In this document: piece by piece, positions 1-9,243 of the stretch
Layout: every line of letters begins with the position of its first letter
How positions within the stretch are numbered: position 1 is the stretch's first letter
Source: Promethearchaeota archaeon
GTDB lineage: Archaea > Asgardarchaeota > Lokiarchaeia > Sigyniarchaeales > SOKP01
DNA length: 64,000 bases
NCBI GenBank assembly: GCA_016840085.1
Contig: JAEOTA010000086.1
Span: forward strand, 96,001-160,000
Direction of reading: 5' to 3'
The notes under the pieces: model-generated
Seen by the model: the letters and a program-made list of their open reading frames with translations, nothing else
Databases searched by the model: none
What the model was told of the DNA's origin: nothing
Made by a program: the position numbers and the translations under genes

Positions 1-434
1 TTATCTATTCCCTCTTTTCGGGCAATATTGTTAATTATTGGTGAGATTTCTATCCCGGTTACGGTTCCTTTTTCCATTAAATAAGGAATATAATATCCTG
101 TACATGATCCTATATCAAGTATACGTCCTTGTGCTAACTCAATAAGTTTTCTTTCCAAAGGAAAAAGTTCATCTAAACTTCTAAAATAGATCCCTAAATC
201 AAATTCCCATTTTATATCATTAAATTCCTTTTGTAAGCAGTACTGGTCTAATGTAAACTTAGATTTCATCTTGCTAGAATAAAATTCTCTTATTGCATCG
301 GCAAACAAATCCATTGAACGAGTGGTAGGGTGTAATGTGAAGAATGGTAACAATCTAAATAATTTCTCAAAATAGGGCACATATCTTGATAATATCTTAA
401 ATAATCGGAAGATATAATGGGAGAATATTGACAA
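1..434 (-). CDS. Class I SAM-dependent methyltransferase (3' end runs off the window)
   Basis: Manual translation gives MDLFADAIREFY...AQGRILDIGSCTGYYIPYLMEKGTVTGIEIS, containing motif I (LDIGxxxG) and an acidic motif II. Start is TTG at 434 or ATG at 314. Not in the ORF track. Confidence 0.8.
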   Translation of the reverse strand, partial: MSIFSHYIFRLFKILSRYVPYFEKLFRLLPFFTLHPTTRSMDLFADAIREFYSSKMKSKFTLDQYCLQKEFNDIKWEFDLGIYFRSLDELFPLERKLIELAQGRILDIGSCTGYYIPYLMEKGTVTGIEISPIINNIARKEGID

Positions 435-833
435 TTCTATCGATTTTTATCTTATTTAGTATATCAATATAACAATAAATAAAAATTCAATTTTTTTTAG
501 TGGTGTATAAATTACTATTTAGAAAATTAATATTATGTTCCGTGGTGGTCCCATAGTACCCTAGTTTATGTAATGGCTCTCGAGACATTAGCATCCTATT
601 TTATTTTTTTAACTAAGTTAAGTTTAACATTATTAGTTATCTAATAATGTTTAAAACTTAGGTAAAACTTAGGTTAAATGAGAATTTGTAATTTTTCTCA
701 AAGACTACGTATAGAAAATTATAAAAAAAGTTATTTTTAAATTTTTGGTTATCTTTCCATAGATTAACTGAGAATTAGAACTCTCAGCGGAGAATTTATA
801 CTTTATTTAATAAGTTAAAGAAATTGTATCTTT

Positions 834-1316
834 CTACTCAGATATAATTTCGAATACCATTTTCTCTATGATTGGTTTCTTGGTATACCGTTTGTCGTAA
901 TACCAGCCTACAAGGTGCGCTTTTTGTTCTTTTTCTGGAGCAGGTGGCACGACGATTATCATCACCCCGTTGGACAAGTACTTCAGGATTCTCTTGTCAA
1001 TAGCATGAAGCTTCTCATTTCCCGATGGATGAGAATGCCATTGCCAAACGATATCAACTCCAAGTTCTTGTTTAAACTTACGCATATTATAGATTTTCGA
1101 TTTTTTATACCTCATCCAACTGCGTGGTTTTACATGAACTTTCATTTTCCGTAAATCTGGATTCATGATAAACTGTGTGCAGATGCCAAAGTTCTCCTTA
1201 CGGTCGGCAAAGAGCCATCCATGAACAATATTAGGATATTCTTCTGCTGCTTTTTGTGTGATTTCCTTAAATAAGCTCTCAGGTATTAAGTAACGGAAGT
1301 CTTTTACCCCACTCAT
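834..1316 (-). CDS. JAB/MPN-domain protein with atypical JAMM motif
   Basis: WHSHPSG...D zinc-ligand motif and MPN-like N-terminus; GGTGA SD upstream of the ATG. Confidence 0.75.
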   Translation of the reverse strand: MSGVKDFRYLIPESLFKEITQKAAEEYPNIVHGWLFADRKENFGICTQFIMNPDLRKMKVHVKPRSWMRYKKSKIYNMRKFKQELGVDIVWQWHSHPSGNEKLHAIDKRILKYLSNGVMIIVVPPAPEKEQKAHLVGWYYDKRYTKKPIIEKMVFEIISE

Positions 1317-1506
1317 ATTCTCACCATCTCAATGAAGGGCAATGTAGCATAAAATTTATATTTTACTTATTTTAGCAAGAAAACCCTATAAAAGATTATA
1401 TTAAAACCAAGAAAATGAAAAAATAATATGTCTCTGTTGGTTTCTGATTCTCCTAATTTGTTATACTTATCTTCTTCTTTCCATAATGGTAACAGGAGTG
1501 TATAAA

Positions 1507-1612
1507 TGGTGGGCCAGGAGAGGTTTTCAAGAAAAGATGAGAAATCTTCTCTTATTGAACTCCCGACCTTCTCGGTGTAAGCGAGACGTCATAACCACTA
1601 GACTACTGGCCC
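1507..1612 (-). tRNA. tRNA-Val(TAC) with 30-nt intron at 59/60 (1524-1553); CCA encoded
   Basis: Acceptor GGGCCAG/CTGGCCC; anticodon arm TCTCG-CTTACAC-CGAGA; T arm GGGAG-TTCAAT^C-CTCTC restored after removing a BHB-flanked intron. Confidence 0.93.
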
Positions 1613-1621
1613 ATAACTAAG

Positions 1622-1704
1622 CGCAATCGGTGGGATTCGAACCCACGAGTCCGTTGGACACCGGTTTAGCAGACCGGCGCTCTACCAGGCTAAGCGACGA
1701 TTGC
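1622..1704 (-). tRNA. tRNA-Ser(GCT)
   Basis: Acceptor GCAATCG/CGATTGC; anticodon arm CCGGT-CTGCTAA-ACCGG; long variable arm; GTTCGAATC T loop; G discriminator. Confidence 0.95.
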
Positions 1705-2084
1705 AGATTTGATAAATATTTGATATAATACAATTTCAATATAACGATTCAAAATTTTAATATTTTATTATAAAATCTAGCTTCAAAAGATATATTTCAT
1801 TCCTTATGAAAGAAATTCTTATCAGATAAATGAAAAAAGCGAAATTAATTCGAAATTTTTGATTGCTTTTTCTTGGTATAATGAAAATAATAGATGACTA
1901 AAAATCGTGTAAAATTTAGCTTATTGTTAGTGTTTTTGACTCATTTATTTATTTATTTTTTTCTATTGATTTTTTTAAAATTATAAGAGAGCTTAATAGT
2001 AAGGAGGGGAAGAATAAAAAAAAATTTATTATAGTTAAAATAATCTAATTTAATAGCTAAGTATCTATAAATCAAATATATTGT

Positions 2085-2195
2085 GCAGACGTAGCCTAGC
2101 TGGTAAGACGCCGGCCTTGAGTGTTATAATGAAGATTCATAATATTGATAGCCGGTGCGCGTAAGCGCTCGGGGGTTCGAGTCCCTCCGTCTGCG
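2085..2195 (+). tRNA. tRNA-Ser(TGA) with 28-nt intron at 37/38 (2122-2149)
   Basis: Acceptor GCAGACG/CGTCTGC; anticodon arm CCGGC-CTTGAG^A-GCCGG; long variable arm GCGCGTAAGCGC; G discriminator. Confidence 0.9.
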
Positions 2196-2233
2196 CTAAA
2201 TTTATATTGGTAAAATTATTATTATATTTGAAA

Positions 2234-2307
2234 GGGCTATTGGCGCAGGCAGGTAGCGCAACCGGCTCTTAACCGGCAGGTCGGGGGTTCGAATCCCTCA
2301 TAGCCCG
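2234..2307 (+). tRNA. tRNA-Lys(CTT)
   Basis: Acceptor GGGCTAT/ATAGCCC; anticodon loop CTCTTAA; T arm GGGGG-TTCGAAT-CCCTC. Confidence 0.95.
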
Positions 2308-2356
2308 TCCCATCTCCACTATTTGCTTTCCTTGAGATTTTTCTCAAAGACACCAT

Positions 2357-3151
2357 TTACTCATTCTTAGTACGTAGTCTTTTTATTTTTTCTGGCCGTA
2401 ATGCGCTTAATTTACAATTCTCAAGCTCATTACCAATATGAGAAATGATTCCGGGAGCATCAGATCCCTCTTTTAATAAAACAAGGTTTTCTAAAAAACC
2501 AAATCTTTTAAAAGTAATTATATCTCGGAAATGCCCTTTTCTAGTAATAACTTTCTTGAATTGTCCTTTAGTTTCTCCACTTAAAAACACACCTTCGATA
2601 TTTTCCTCCAAAATTTTTCGAAAGAAATTTATAGTTTGTGGTGCTAACTTACCTAGCAATTTACTTTTTGCTAAATCTATCTCAGTAATATTAACAAATA
2701 CTGGAAAATGATCAATGAAATCATAAGCTTCAATAATTTCTTTTAATGATCTTTCTTTTCCTTCGCATAATTGTGTTCGCAAAGTGTGTAGATTTATAAG
2801 TACATCTGCTCGTGGATTAAGAATAGCACAATCAACAAATAAACCAAAACCTACTTTTCCCACATCTACAAGTGTTCCTCTGAACTCCTTTCCAACCTTA
2901 ATATCGTTGAATTCATTAGTAGATCCTATTTCTTTTTTTAATAGATTAAATACAAACTGTTCCTCTGGACCGCTAATGGAAATCTCAAATCTTTTATCAA
3001 AATCTCTTAGTTTTTTAATTTTTATAGAGGTATCTGAAAACCCCTTAACATGCTCTTTTAAATATTTGAAATATCTAAGATAAATATCCTCTTTCTTTAC
3101 TCGATTCGATATATCATAAATTTTATCAAATAAAACTAACTTTTCTACCAT
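2357..3151 (-). CDS. DUF2110-like archaeal protein
   Basis: Central GTLVDVGKVGFGLFVD and C-terminal DAPGII motifs resemble DUF2110. ATG at 3151 preferred over TTG at 3178. Confidence 0.65.
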   Translation of the reverse strand: MVEKLVLFDKIYDISNRVKKEDIYLRYFKYLKEHVKGFSDTSIKIKKLRDFDKRFEISISGPEEQFVFNLLKKEIGSTNEFNDIKVGKEFRGTLVDVGKVGFGLFVDCAILNPRADVLINLHTLRTQLCEGKERSLKEIIEAYDFIDHFPVFVNITEIDLAKSKLLGKLAPQTINFFRKILEENIEGVFLSGETKGQFKKVITRKGHFRDIITFKRFGFLENLVLLKEGSDAPGIISHIGNELENCKLSALRPEKIKRLRTKNE

Positions 3152-3325
3152 GAGAAGACAATTAAGAGCTAAAATCAATTAAAACTTAAGTAATTTAATA
3201 TCTTTTATGTAAAAAATTTTTCTCACATTTAATAAAAATCAATCTAAAGTGTAAAAAGATTTAAATTACAAAATTTTTATCTTTCAATAAAACTAAAAAT
3301 AGTATTTTGCGAAAGGTGAAGAATT

Positions 3326-3697
3326 ATAAAAGAACAAAGATTTAATATTCTGGTCGATTCACTAAATAGACAAGAAGGAGTTGAGGAAATTTTTCTTTTA
3401 AACAAAGAAGGAGATATCATTTTTAAATCTGGTGACTTTTCTTTATCGAATGACGAAGCTAAAGCACTACTAAATGCTTGGAAAACAAAAGAACCGTCTC
3501 TTACATATCAGAATTATCGATTTGCTATTTTAAAAAATGATGAAATCCAACTAGCAGCAAAAAATATAGCTGGTGGAAAAGGTAATATCGTTGGATCAAT
3601 TACAAAAGATGGAGATTATCTTATTGCTCATACTAGAGATGAAGGTATGATTCTGTTAGAATGGTCGATTTTTATTAATAAAGTTGCGTGGTCTTAG
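3326..3697 (+). CDS. Profilin-like protein (probable ATA start; absent from the ORF track)
   Basis: 123-codon open frame (I)KEQRFNILVDSLNRQEGVEEIFLLNKEGDIIFKSGDFSLS...SLTYQNYRFAILKNDEIQLAAKNIAGGKGNIVGS...YLIAH...; pattern matches Asgard profilins (SLxxxGxKYxIVxNxExxxxxxNxxGKG). GGTGA SD at 3315-3319. Confidence 0.75.
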   Translation: MKEQRFNILVDSLNRQEGVEEIFLLNKEGDIIFKSGDFSLSNDEAKALLNAWKTKEPSLTYQNYRFAILKNDEIQLAAKNIAGGKGNIVGSITKDGDYLIAHTRDEGMILLEWSIFINKVAWS

Positions 3698-4024
3698 AAT
3701 AATTCAATATAAAGATAAATGATATAAATCTAACCTATTTCCAGAAATTTTAAATTTTAATTTTTATTCTGTATAAAATTTTATACTTCTCGATAAAACA
3801 TTAAGTGAAAGCTCGATAAAAAACACCAAAAAAATCCAAAATTAGAAAAGATTCTTCGCACAATGAGAGTTTAACTTATGTTTATTTTATTTTTTTATTT
3901 TATTTAAACAAAATATTTATTTCAGTATTTATTACTACTTTTTAATTAAGTAAAACAAAAAAACTAAAAAATAATATAAAGAAAAGAATTAGTTAAAAAT
4001 TTAAAGTTAAGGAGGCTAACAAAA

Positions 4025-4744
4025 ATGTTTCAGCAAGCAGGTCGCGGCTATGATATGGCTATAACCCAATTTAGCCCTGAAGGACGACTCTTTCAAGTTG
4101 AATATGCTATTGAAGCCGTCCGAAGAGGTACAACGGCAATTGTATGTAAAAATAAAACCTCCGTTGTTTTTGCGGTGGAAAAAAAAGCATCTGAACTTCA
4201 AGAACAAAGTATAGGTTCAGAGAAAATATTTAAAATTGATGATCATATCGGTGTCGCTATAGCTGGACTTACTGCTGACGCTCGAGTTTTGATTGACAGA
4301 GCAAGAGTTCAGGCACAAGTCAATTTGCTGAATTATGATGAAAAAATCTCGGTAAAGGATAGCACTTTAAATATCTGTGAATATAAACAGGTATTCACCC
4401 AAAATGCAGGAGTAAGGCCGTTTGGTGTAAGCTTTTTAATTGCTGGGATTGATGCCAATGGAAAGCCTTCTTTATATTTAACTGACCCTTCAGGCGCGAT
4501 GTGGGGATATCTTGCATTTGCAATAGGATCCAATGCGACTGAAGCAAGGGTGTACCTTGAAGAACATTATAGTGAAGAGATAAGTGATGAGGATTTGAAA
4601 TCATTACCTTTAAGAGCTTTAAGGGAATTGATGGGTGATAATTTAAATAAGGATACATGTGATGTAGCTTTTATATTGAAAGAAGATAGAACTTTTAAGC
4701 TTTTAAGTTTAGAAGAAAAGGAAGAATTGTTAAGCAAATTATAA
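4025..4744 (+). CDS. psmA: Proteasome alpha subunit
   Basis: GYDMAITQFSPEGRLFQVEYA signature; RPFGVSFLIAG; AAGGAGG SD. Confidence 0.97.
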   Translation: MFQQAGRGYDMAITQFSPEGRLFQVEYAIEAVRRGTTAIVCKNKTSVVFAVEKKASELQEQSIGSEKIFKIDDHIGVAIAGLTADARVLIDRARVQAQVNLLNYDEKISVKDSTLNICEYKQVFTQNAGVRPFGVSFLIAGIDANGKPSLYLTDPSGAMWGYLAFAIGSNATEARVYLEEHYSEEISDEDLKSLPLRALRELMGDNLNKDTCDVAFILKEDRTFKLLSLEEKEELLSKL

Positions 4745-4870
4745 TCACCCTTAAATAATATATAATTTATCAAGGCTCCAGCTCTTTATATTTATCCATT
4801 AACGCAAAGACAAAAAATAGGAAAGGATAGAAAGCAAGGGAATCCAATTCATAAAATAAAAAGTGATATT

Positions 4871-5674
4871 ATGAGTGAGCGACCGACTGATAGGGCAAGA
4901 ATTGATTTAGGTGAGTTCATTATAGGACGGATTGAGAAATCAGGAAGAGCATTCGAAATGTTAATGGATCCAGAGAAAGCTTGGGAAGCAAAGAAGTTAA
5001 TTCGAGAGGAAATCAACAAACGTTTGAAAGAAGGTAAGGAAAAATCAAGACTTTCCGTTGATGAAATTCTAAATGATAATAAAATAGATCTTGAGCTAAT
5101 TTTTGAAAGTTATATGGTATTTGAAGATTTAAGGAGAGGAAAAAAGGCAACCGATGGCGATAAAGAGGTTGTATTCGATACTAACGATGGTATAAGAATT
5201 GCAGGACATATTTTACTTGAAGGAGATATACAATGGACAAAAGCTCAAAGAGAAGAAGAAAAAAATAAGAAATTAAAACAAATTATAACTATTATTAGTA
5301 AAAATGCAATAAATCCACAGAATAAAAAACCTCACCCTTATCAAAGAATTGAGAAAGCTATCGAAGAAGCAAATGTAAAAATTGATTTAATGAAAAGTGC
5401 TGAAGAACAAGTTGATGATATAGTTAAAAGTATACGAGCAATTATACCTATTCGAATGGAACAAGTAGAAATGGCAATTAAAATTCCATCAGCATTTACA
5501 GCAAAGGGTTATAATATTGTTGCTCAATATTCACAAATTAAAAAAGAAGAATGGCAATCTGATGGTTCATGGGTTTCAGTTATAAGTTTACCAGCAGGAC
5601 TGCAATTAGAATTAATTGATAAATTGAATAAATTAACGCATGGTAGGGTTCAAACTAAACTGTTAAAATCCTAA
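4871..5674 (+). CDS. Ribosome maturation factor SBDS/Sdo1
   Basis: INPQNKKPHPYQRIEKAIEEA and EWQSDGSW motifs; conserved position after psmA. Confidence 0.93.
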   Translation: MSERPTDRARIDLGEFIIGRIEKSGRAFEMLMDPEKAWEAKKLIREEINKRLKEGKEKSRLSVDEILNDNKIDLELIFESYMVFEDLRRGKKATDGDKEVVFDTNDGIRIAGHILLEGDIQWTKAQREEEKNKKLKQIITIISKNAINPQNKKPHPYQRIEKAIEEANVKIDLMKSAEEQVDDIVKSIRAIIPIRMEQVEMAIKIPSAFTAKGYNIVAQYSQIKKEEWQSDGSWVSVISLPAGLQLELIDKLNKLTHGRVQTKLLKS

Positions 5675-5767
5675 GTTAATAGTTTTTAATTAAGTTCTCG
5701 TTTATATTGTTTTTTATCTGATAGGGAAAAAATAAGAGTAGTTTTAAAACAGAAGTGAGTAATAATA

Positions 5768-6547
5768 ATGGAAGAAGAAGAAGAAACTAAACCTGAAGAC
5801 TTCGAAGATTTTGAAGATGATGAATCAACGAGAGATCTAGTTATCCCTGGAGAGGTTCTATCTGAAGATATTAAAAATTATTTACCCGGAAGGGGCACAA
5901 TATATAATAAAGATAAAACCAAAATAGTATCACTTAATATAGGATTAAAACAAATCACAAAAAATTATATAAATGTGATTCCTTTAAGAGGTTTTTATAC
6001 CCCGAGACCTGGAGATAAAGTTATAGCATTAATCGTTGATAAAAATCCCGTTAAATATAAATGTGATATAAATTCTAAAGATTTTGGGACATTAAAACCA
6101 AAGAATACAATTAAAAAAGGTAAGGTAAAAGGTTTTAGAGGATCTGGTTATTCTCAAGAACAACCGAATACTGAGAAATTTGAAATAGGGGATATTCTTG
6201 TTGTAAAAATTCTTTCAGCTGATCGTTTAAATAAACCTGAATTGACTACTGTAGGAAAATATCTTGGAAAAAAAAATGGTGGAATTGTTATTTCTATAGA
6301 CCCACCAAAAATACCAAGGGTTATCGGGCGAAATGGTTCTATGATTAAAATGCTAAAAAATTTAACAAATTGTAATATCTTTGTTACTCAAAATGGTCGT
6401 ATTTGGCTGAAAGGAAATGATATTGCTCATGAACGATTACTTATAGAATCAATTAAAAAAATAGCTAGTGAGGCACATACAGTTGGTTTAACAGACCGGA
6501 TGGAAGAATTTATAATAAATGAAAAAAAGAAAAGAGGGATTATATAA
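5768..6547 (+). CDS. rrp4: Exosome RNA-binding subunit Rrp4
   Basis: S1 domain YTPRPGDKVI; KH domain KIPRVIGRNGSMI, QNGRIW, EAHTVGLTD. Confidence 0.93.
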   Translation: MEEEEETKPEDFEDFEDDESTRDLVIPGEVLSEDIKNYLPGRGTIYNKDKTKIVSLNIGLKQITKNYINVIPLRGFYTPRPGDKVIALIVDKNPVKYKCDINSKDFGTLKPKNTIKKGKVKGFRGSGYSQEQPNTEKFEIGDILVVKILSADRLNKPELTTVGKYLGKKNGGIVISIDPPKIPRVIGRNGSMIKMLKNLTNCNIFVTQNGRIWLKGNDIAHERLLIESIKKIASEAHTVGLTDRMEEFIINEKKKRGII

Positions 6548-7333
6548 ATGCCATTAATTATTAAAGATGAGTATCCAGAGAAGTTATTTCGTGAAGATGG
6601 AAAAAGGTTGGATGGTCGTGATACAGATGAGTTAAGACCTATAAAAATGGAAGTGGGGATTATAAAAAATGCAGATGGTTCAGCATATCTTGAATGGGGT
6701 AATAATAAGATTTTTGCTGCTGTTTATGGACCAAGGGAAGTTCACCCCCATCATTTAGCTAAACCTGATCGTGGTATTTTAAGAGTATTCTATAGAATGG
6801 CTACATATTCTGTTTTCGATAGGAAAAGACCAGCTCCAGGACGTCGTGAAAAAGAAATATCAATGATAGTTGCAGATTGCCTAGAACCTGTTTTATTTCT
6901 TGAATTATATCCTGGTACGAGTTTTGAGGTTTTTATTGAAATAATAGATGCTGATGGTGGAACCAGATGTGCTAGCACAACAGTTGCAGCTTTAGCATTA
7001 GCTGATGCTGGAGTACCAATGAAAAGTTTAGTATCTGCAATAGCTGTAGGGAAAATAGATGGAAAAATAGTAGTCGATCTTTCTGGAGTTGAAGATAAAG
7101 CTGGAGAAGCAGATTTGCCATGTGCTATTACTTGGTATAACGAAGAAATATCACTGCTACAGTTTGATGGCAATATGGATTTAGATGAGATGAATGAATT
7201 TATGGACTTAGCTACAAAATCATTAAAAGAAATACATCAAATGCAATTGGATGCTTTAAAAAGTAAATATATTACTTTAAAAGAAGAAGAAACTAAAGAA
7301 AAAGAGGAAGAAGTTAAGGAAGGTGAAAAGTAA
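6548..7333 (+). CDS. rrp41: Exosome catalytic subunit Rrp41
   Basis: RNase PH motifs RLDGR, ADGSAYLEWG, VYGPRE, DGGTR, DLSGVED. Confidence 0.96.
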   Translation: MPLIIKDEYPEKLFREDGKRLDGRDTDELRPIKMEVGIIKNADGSAYLEWGNNKIFAAVYGPREVHPHHLAKPDRGILRVFYRMATYSVFDRKRPAPGRREKEISMIVADCLEPVLFLELYPGTSFEVFIEIIDADGGTRCASTTVAALALADAGVPMKSLVSAIAVGKIDGKIVVDLSGVEDKAGEADLPCAITWYNEEISLLQFDGNMDLDEMNEFMDLATKSLKEIHQMQLDALKSKYITLKEEETKEKEEEVKEGEK

Positions 7334-7335
7334 AA

Positions 7336-8163
7336 ATGATGGATGTTAAAAGAATAATCTCAAAGATTGAAAAAAGCTACATAACATCTAATTTAAAAAA
7401 GGGAGAAAGAATTGATGGAAGAGATATTTGGGAATACCGCGAATTTAATATAAAAAGTGATATTATTTCCTCAGCAGAAGGTTCTGCGGATGTTTCATTA
7501 GGAGATACAAGGATTATAACAGGGTTGAAATATGATGTCGGCGAACCATTCCCAGATTTACCAAACGAAGGAGTTTGTACTATCATGGCTGAATTACTTC
7601 CTATAGCATCTCCTTTATTTGAAAGAGGACCTCCAGATGAACAATCAATTGAATTAGCAAGAGTAGTGGATCGCGGAATTAGACATGCAGATTGTGTTCA
7701 AACTAAAAAACTTTGTATAAAAGAAAATAAAGCAGTTTATATACTATTTGTCGATATGTATGTAATAAATTATGACGGAAACTTAATTGATGCTGGAGGT
7801 GTGAGTGCATTAACCACATTAATTTCTGCGCATATCCCTGAAGGTAAAATTGGAGAAGATGGGCTTGAATGGACAGGAAATTATTTTACAGGAGAAACAA
7901 TAGTTAATGAATTACCTTTAGTGTTAACTTATGGTAAAATAGGTGATATTATATTTTTAGATCCTAATTTGGCTGAAGAATTGGTTTGTGATGGGAAAAT
8001 CTCAATATCTGCAACAGAAAATAAAATTACATCCATTCAAAAAAGTGGAGCTGCCACATTTTCAATAGAGGAAATTAAAATACTTGGTAAAAAATCAATT
8101 GATATTGGCAAGAAATTAAGAAAAGAATTAAACCTTTTACAGTACAAGACTGAGTACAAATAA
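7336..8163 (+). CDS. rrp42: Exosome subunit Rrp42
   Basis: RIDGR, AEGSADVSLGDT, PFPDLPNEG, ELARVVDRGIR, DGNLIDA. Confidence 0.96.
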   Translation: MMDVKRIISKIEKSYITSNLKKGERIDGRDIWEYREFNIKSDIISSAEGSADVSLGDTRIITGLKYDVGEPFPDLPNEGVCTIMAELLPIASPLFERGPPDEQSIELARVVDRGIRHADCVQTKKLCIKENKAVYILFVDMYVINYDGNLIDAGGVSALTTLISAHIPEGKIGEDGLEWTGNYFTGETIVNELPLVLTYGKIGDIIFLDPNLAEELVCDGKISISATENKITSIQKSGAATFSIEEIKILGKKSIDIGKKLRKELNLLQYKTEYK

Positions 8164-8253
8164 TTTTTTTAAATAAATTTTTTCTTATTATAATATATTT
8201 ATTCTCTTAATATTTAGATTAAAAACTTTAAAATTACTTATTCTTTCTAATCA

Positions 8254-9225
8254 TTAGTCGGTTCTAATTTTTCTAAGGGTTTCATAGGTTCCATAACCAC
8301 CTTTTACATCATCTAATTCAAAACTACCTAATGACTGCACAAGAATAGATTGCTTTCCTTCATTATCAGTAAAGGGCATTGGAATTATTGGCCCCACAAA
8401 AGCTTTTAATATATATTTTTGATTAGAATTATCCATCAATTCAAGCTTTGAACTAACGGGGAATACTCCATCTTCTCGAAATTGTTGGTTAAGAATTTTA
8501 ATTTTTTTTAAGGGTATGTTCTCTCCATTCCTAAACAAGAAACCTCCAGTTGATAAACGACCATCATCTGTGATTATTGCTGCAGGATTAACTGCCAAAT
8601 TTTCATTAAACCAAACAACATAATATAACCAATTACCCACTCCAATCCAATCACGAACACCATAGGTGTGATCTCTTTGACCCATGGTATTAGAAATCGA
8701 ATATTTTCTATCTCCTATAGTGATCTCTCCTTTTATATTACCAATTTGTTCCCAGTGTTTATCACCAGCTTTTTTTCCTATTTCTAATGATTCCGGAGTC
8801 ATATATTTACTATATTCATACACCTCATTAATCGGCTCAAAATCAAGATAGATTTCTACTGACTTTATTTCACTTATTAATTTCGGATTCTCGCGTACTT
8901 TTGGTAAAGTCTCTGAGTTTTGGACAATAATTATATTCCCGCTAAATTCATAATTCCATTTTCCATCAGGAAAAGAAAGATGTTTCATACCTTTAATTTG
9001 AAGATTTTTTGTATAATCTTTAATTTTAATTTCTTGATGATATCCCCCAGCAGAACCATCCGGCAAAAAAAGAAAGAAAAAAGTCATGCCCTCTTGTTTA
9101 TTAGGCTTGAATCCTATTCTTGAAACCCCTCCAATATTATAATCCTTATTAAAGAAAGCGAAATAATATGATTCATTCCATTCAGGATGAGCCGTGCAAA
9201 GATTAGAATGAGTCAAAGATTCCAC
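8254..9225 (-). CDS. AttH-like/tocopherol-cyclase-like beta-barrel protein
   Basis: WNESYYF at the N-terminus and HWEQxG...GQRDHTYGVRDW motif; GGTGA-N6-GTG start. Confidence 0.6.
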   Translation of the reverse strand: MESLTHSNLCTAHPEWNESYYFAFFNKDYNIGGVSRIGFKPNKQEGMTFFFLFLPDGSAGGYHQEIKIKDYTKNLQIKGMKHLSFPDGKWNYEFSGNIIIVQNSETLPKVRENPKLISEIKSVEIYLDFEPINEVYEYSKYMTPESLEIGKKAGDKHWEQIGNIKGEITIGDRKYSISNTMGQRDHTYGVRDWIGVGNWLYYVVWFNENLAVNPAAIITDDGRLSTGGFLFRNGENIPLKKIKILNQQFREDGVFPVSSKLELMDNSNQKYILKAFVGPIIPMPFTDNEGKQSILVQSLGSFELDDVKGGYGTYETLRKIRTD

Positions 9226-9243
9226 CTTTATTCACCTTAAACA

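Noticed and set aside
487-594. 35-aa minus-strand ORF (MLMSREPLHKLGYYGTTTEH...) as a transposase remnant
   Set aside because: Too short, with no convincing motif or terminal repeats.
1-1506. Genomic island integrated at the tRNA-Val 3' end
   Set aside because: The genes look accessory, but no integrase or duplicated tRNA end is visible within the window.
2085-2195. Possible tRNA-Sec, since Lokiarchaeia use selenocysteine
   Set aside because: The anticodon is TGA (reads UCA, Ser), not TCA, and the acceptor/T arms are a normal 7/5.
4770-4860. Structured ncRNA between psmA and SBDS
   Set aside because: Only short, weak complementarity; no recognisable C/D, H/ACA or SECIS pattern.
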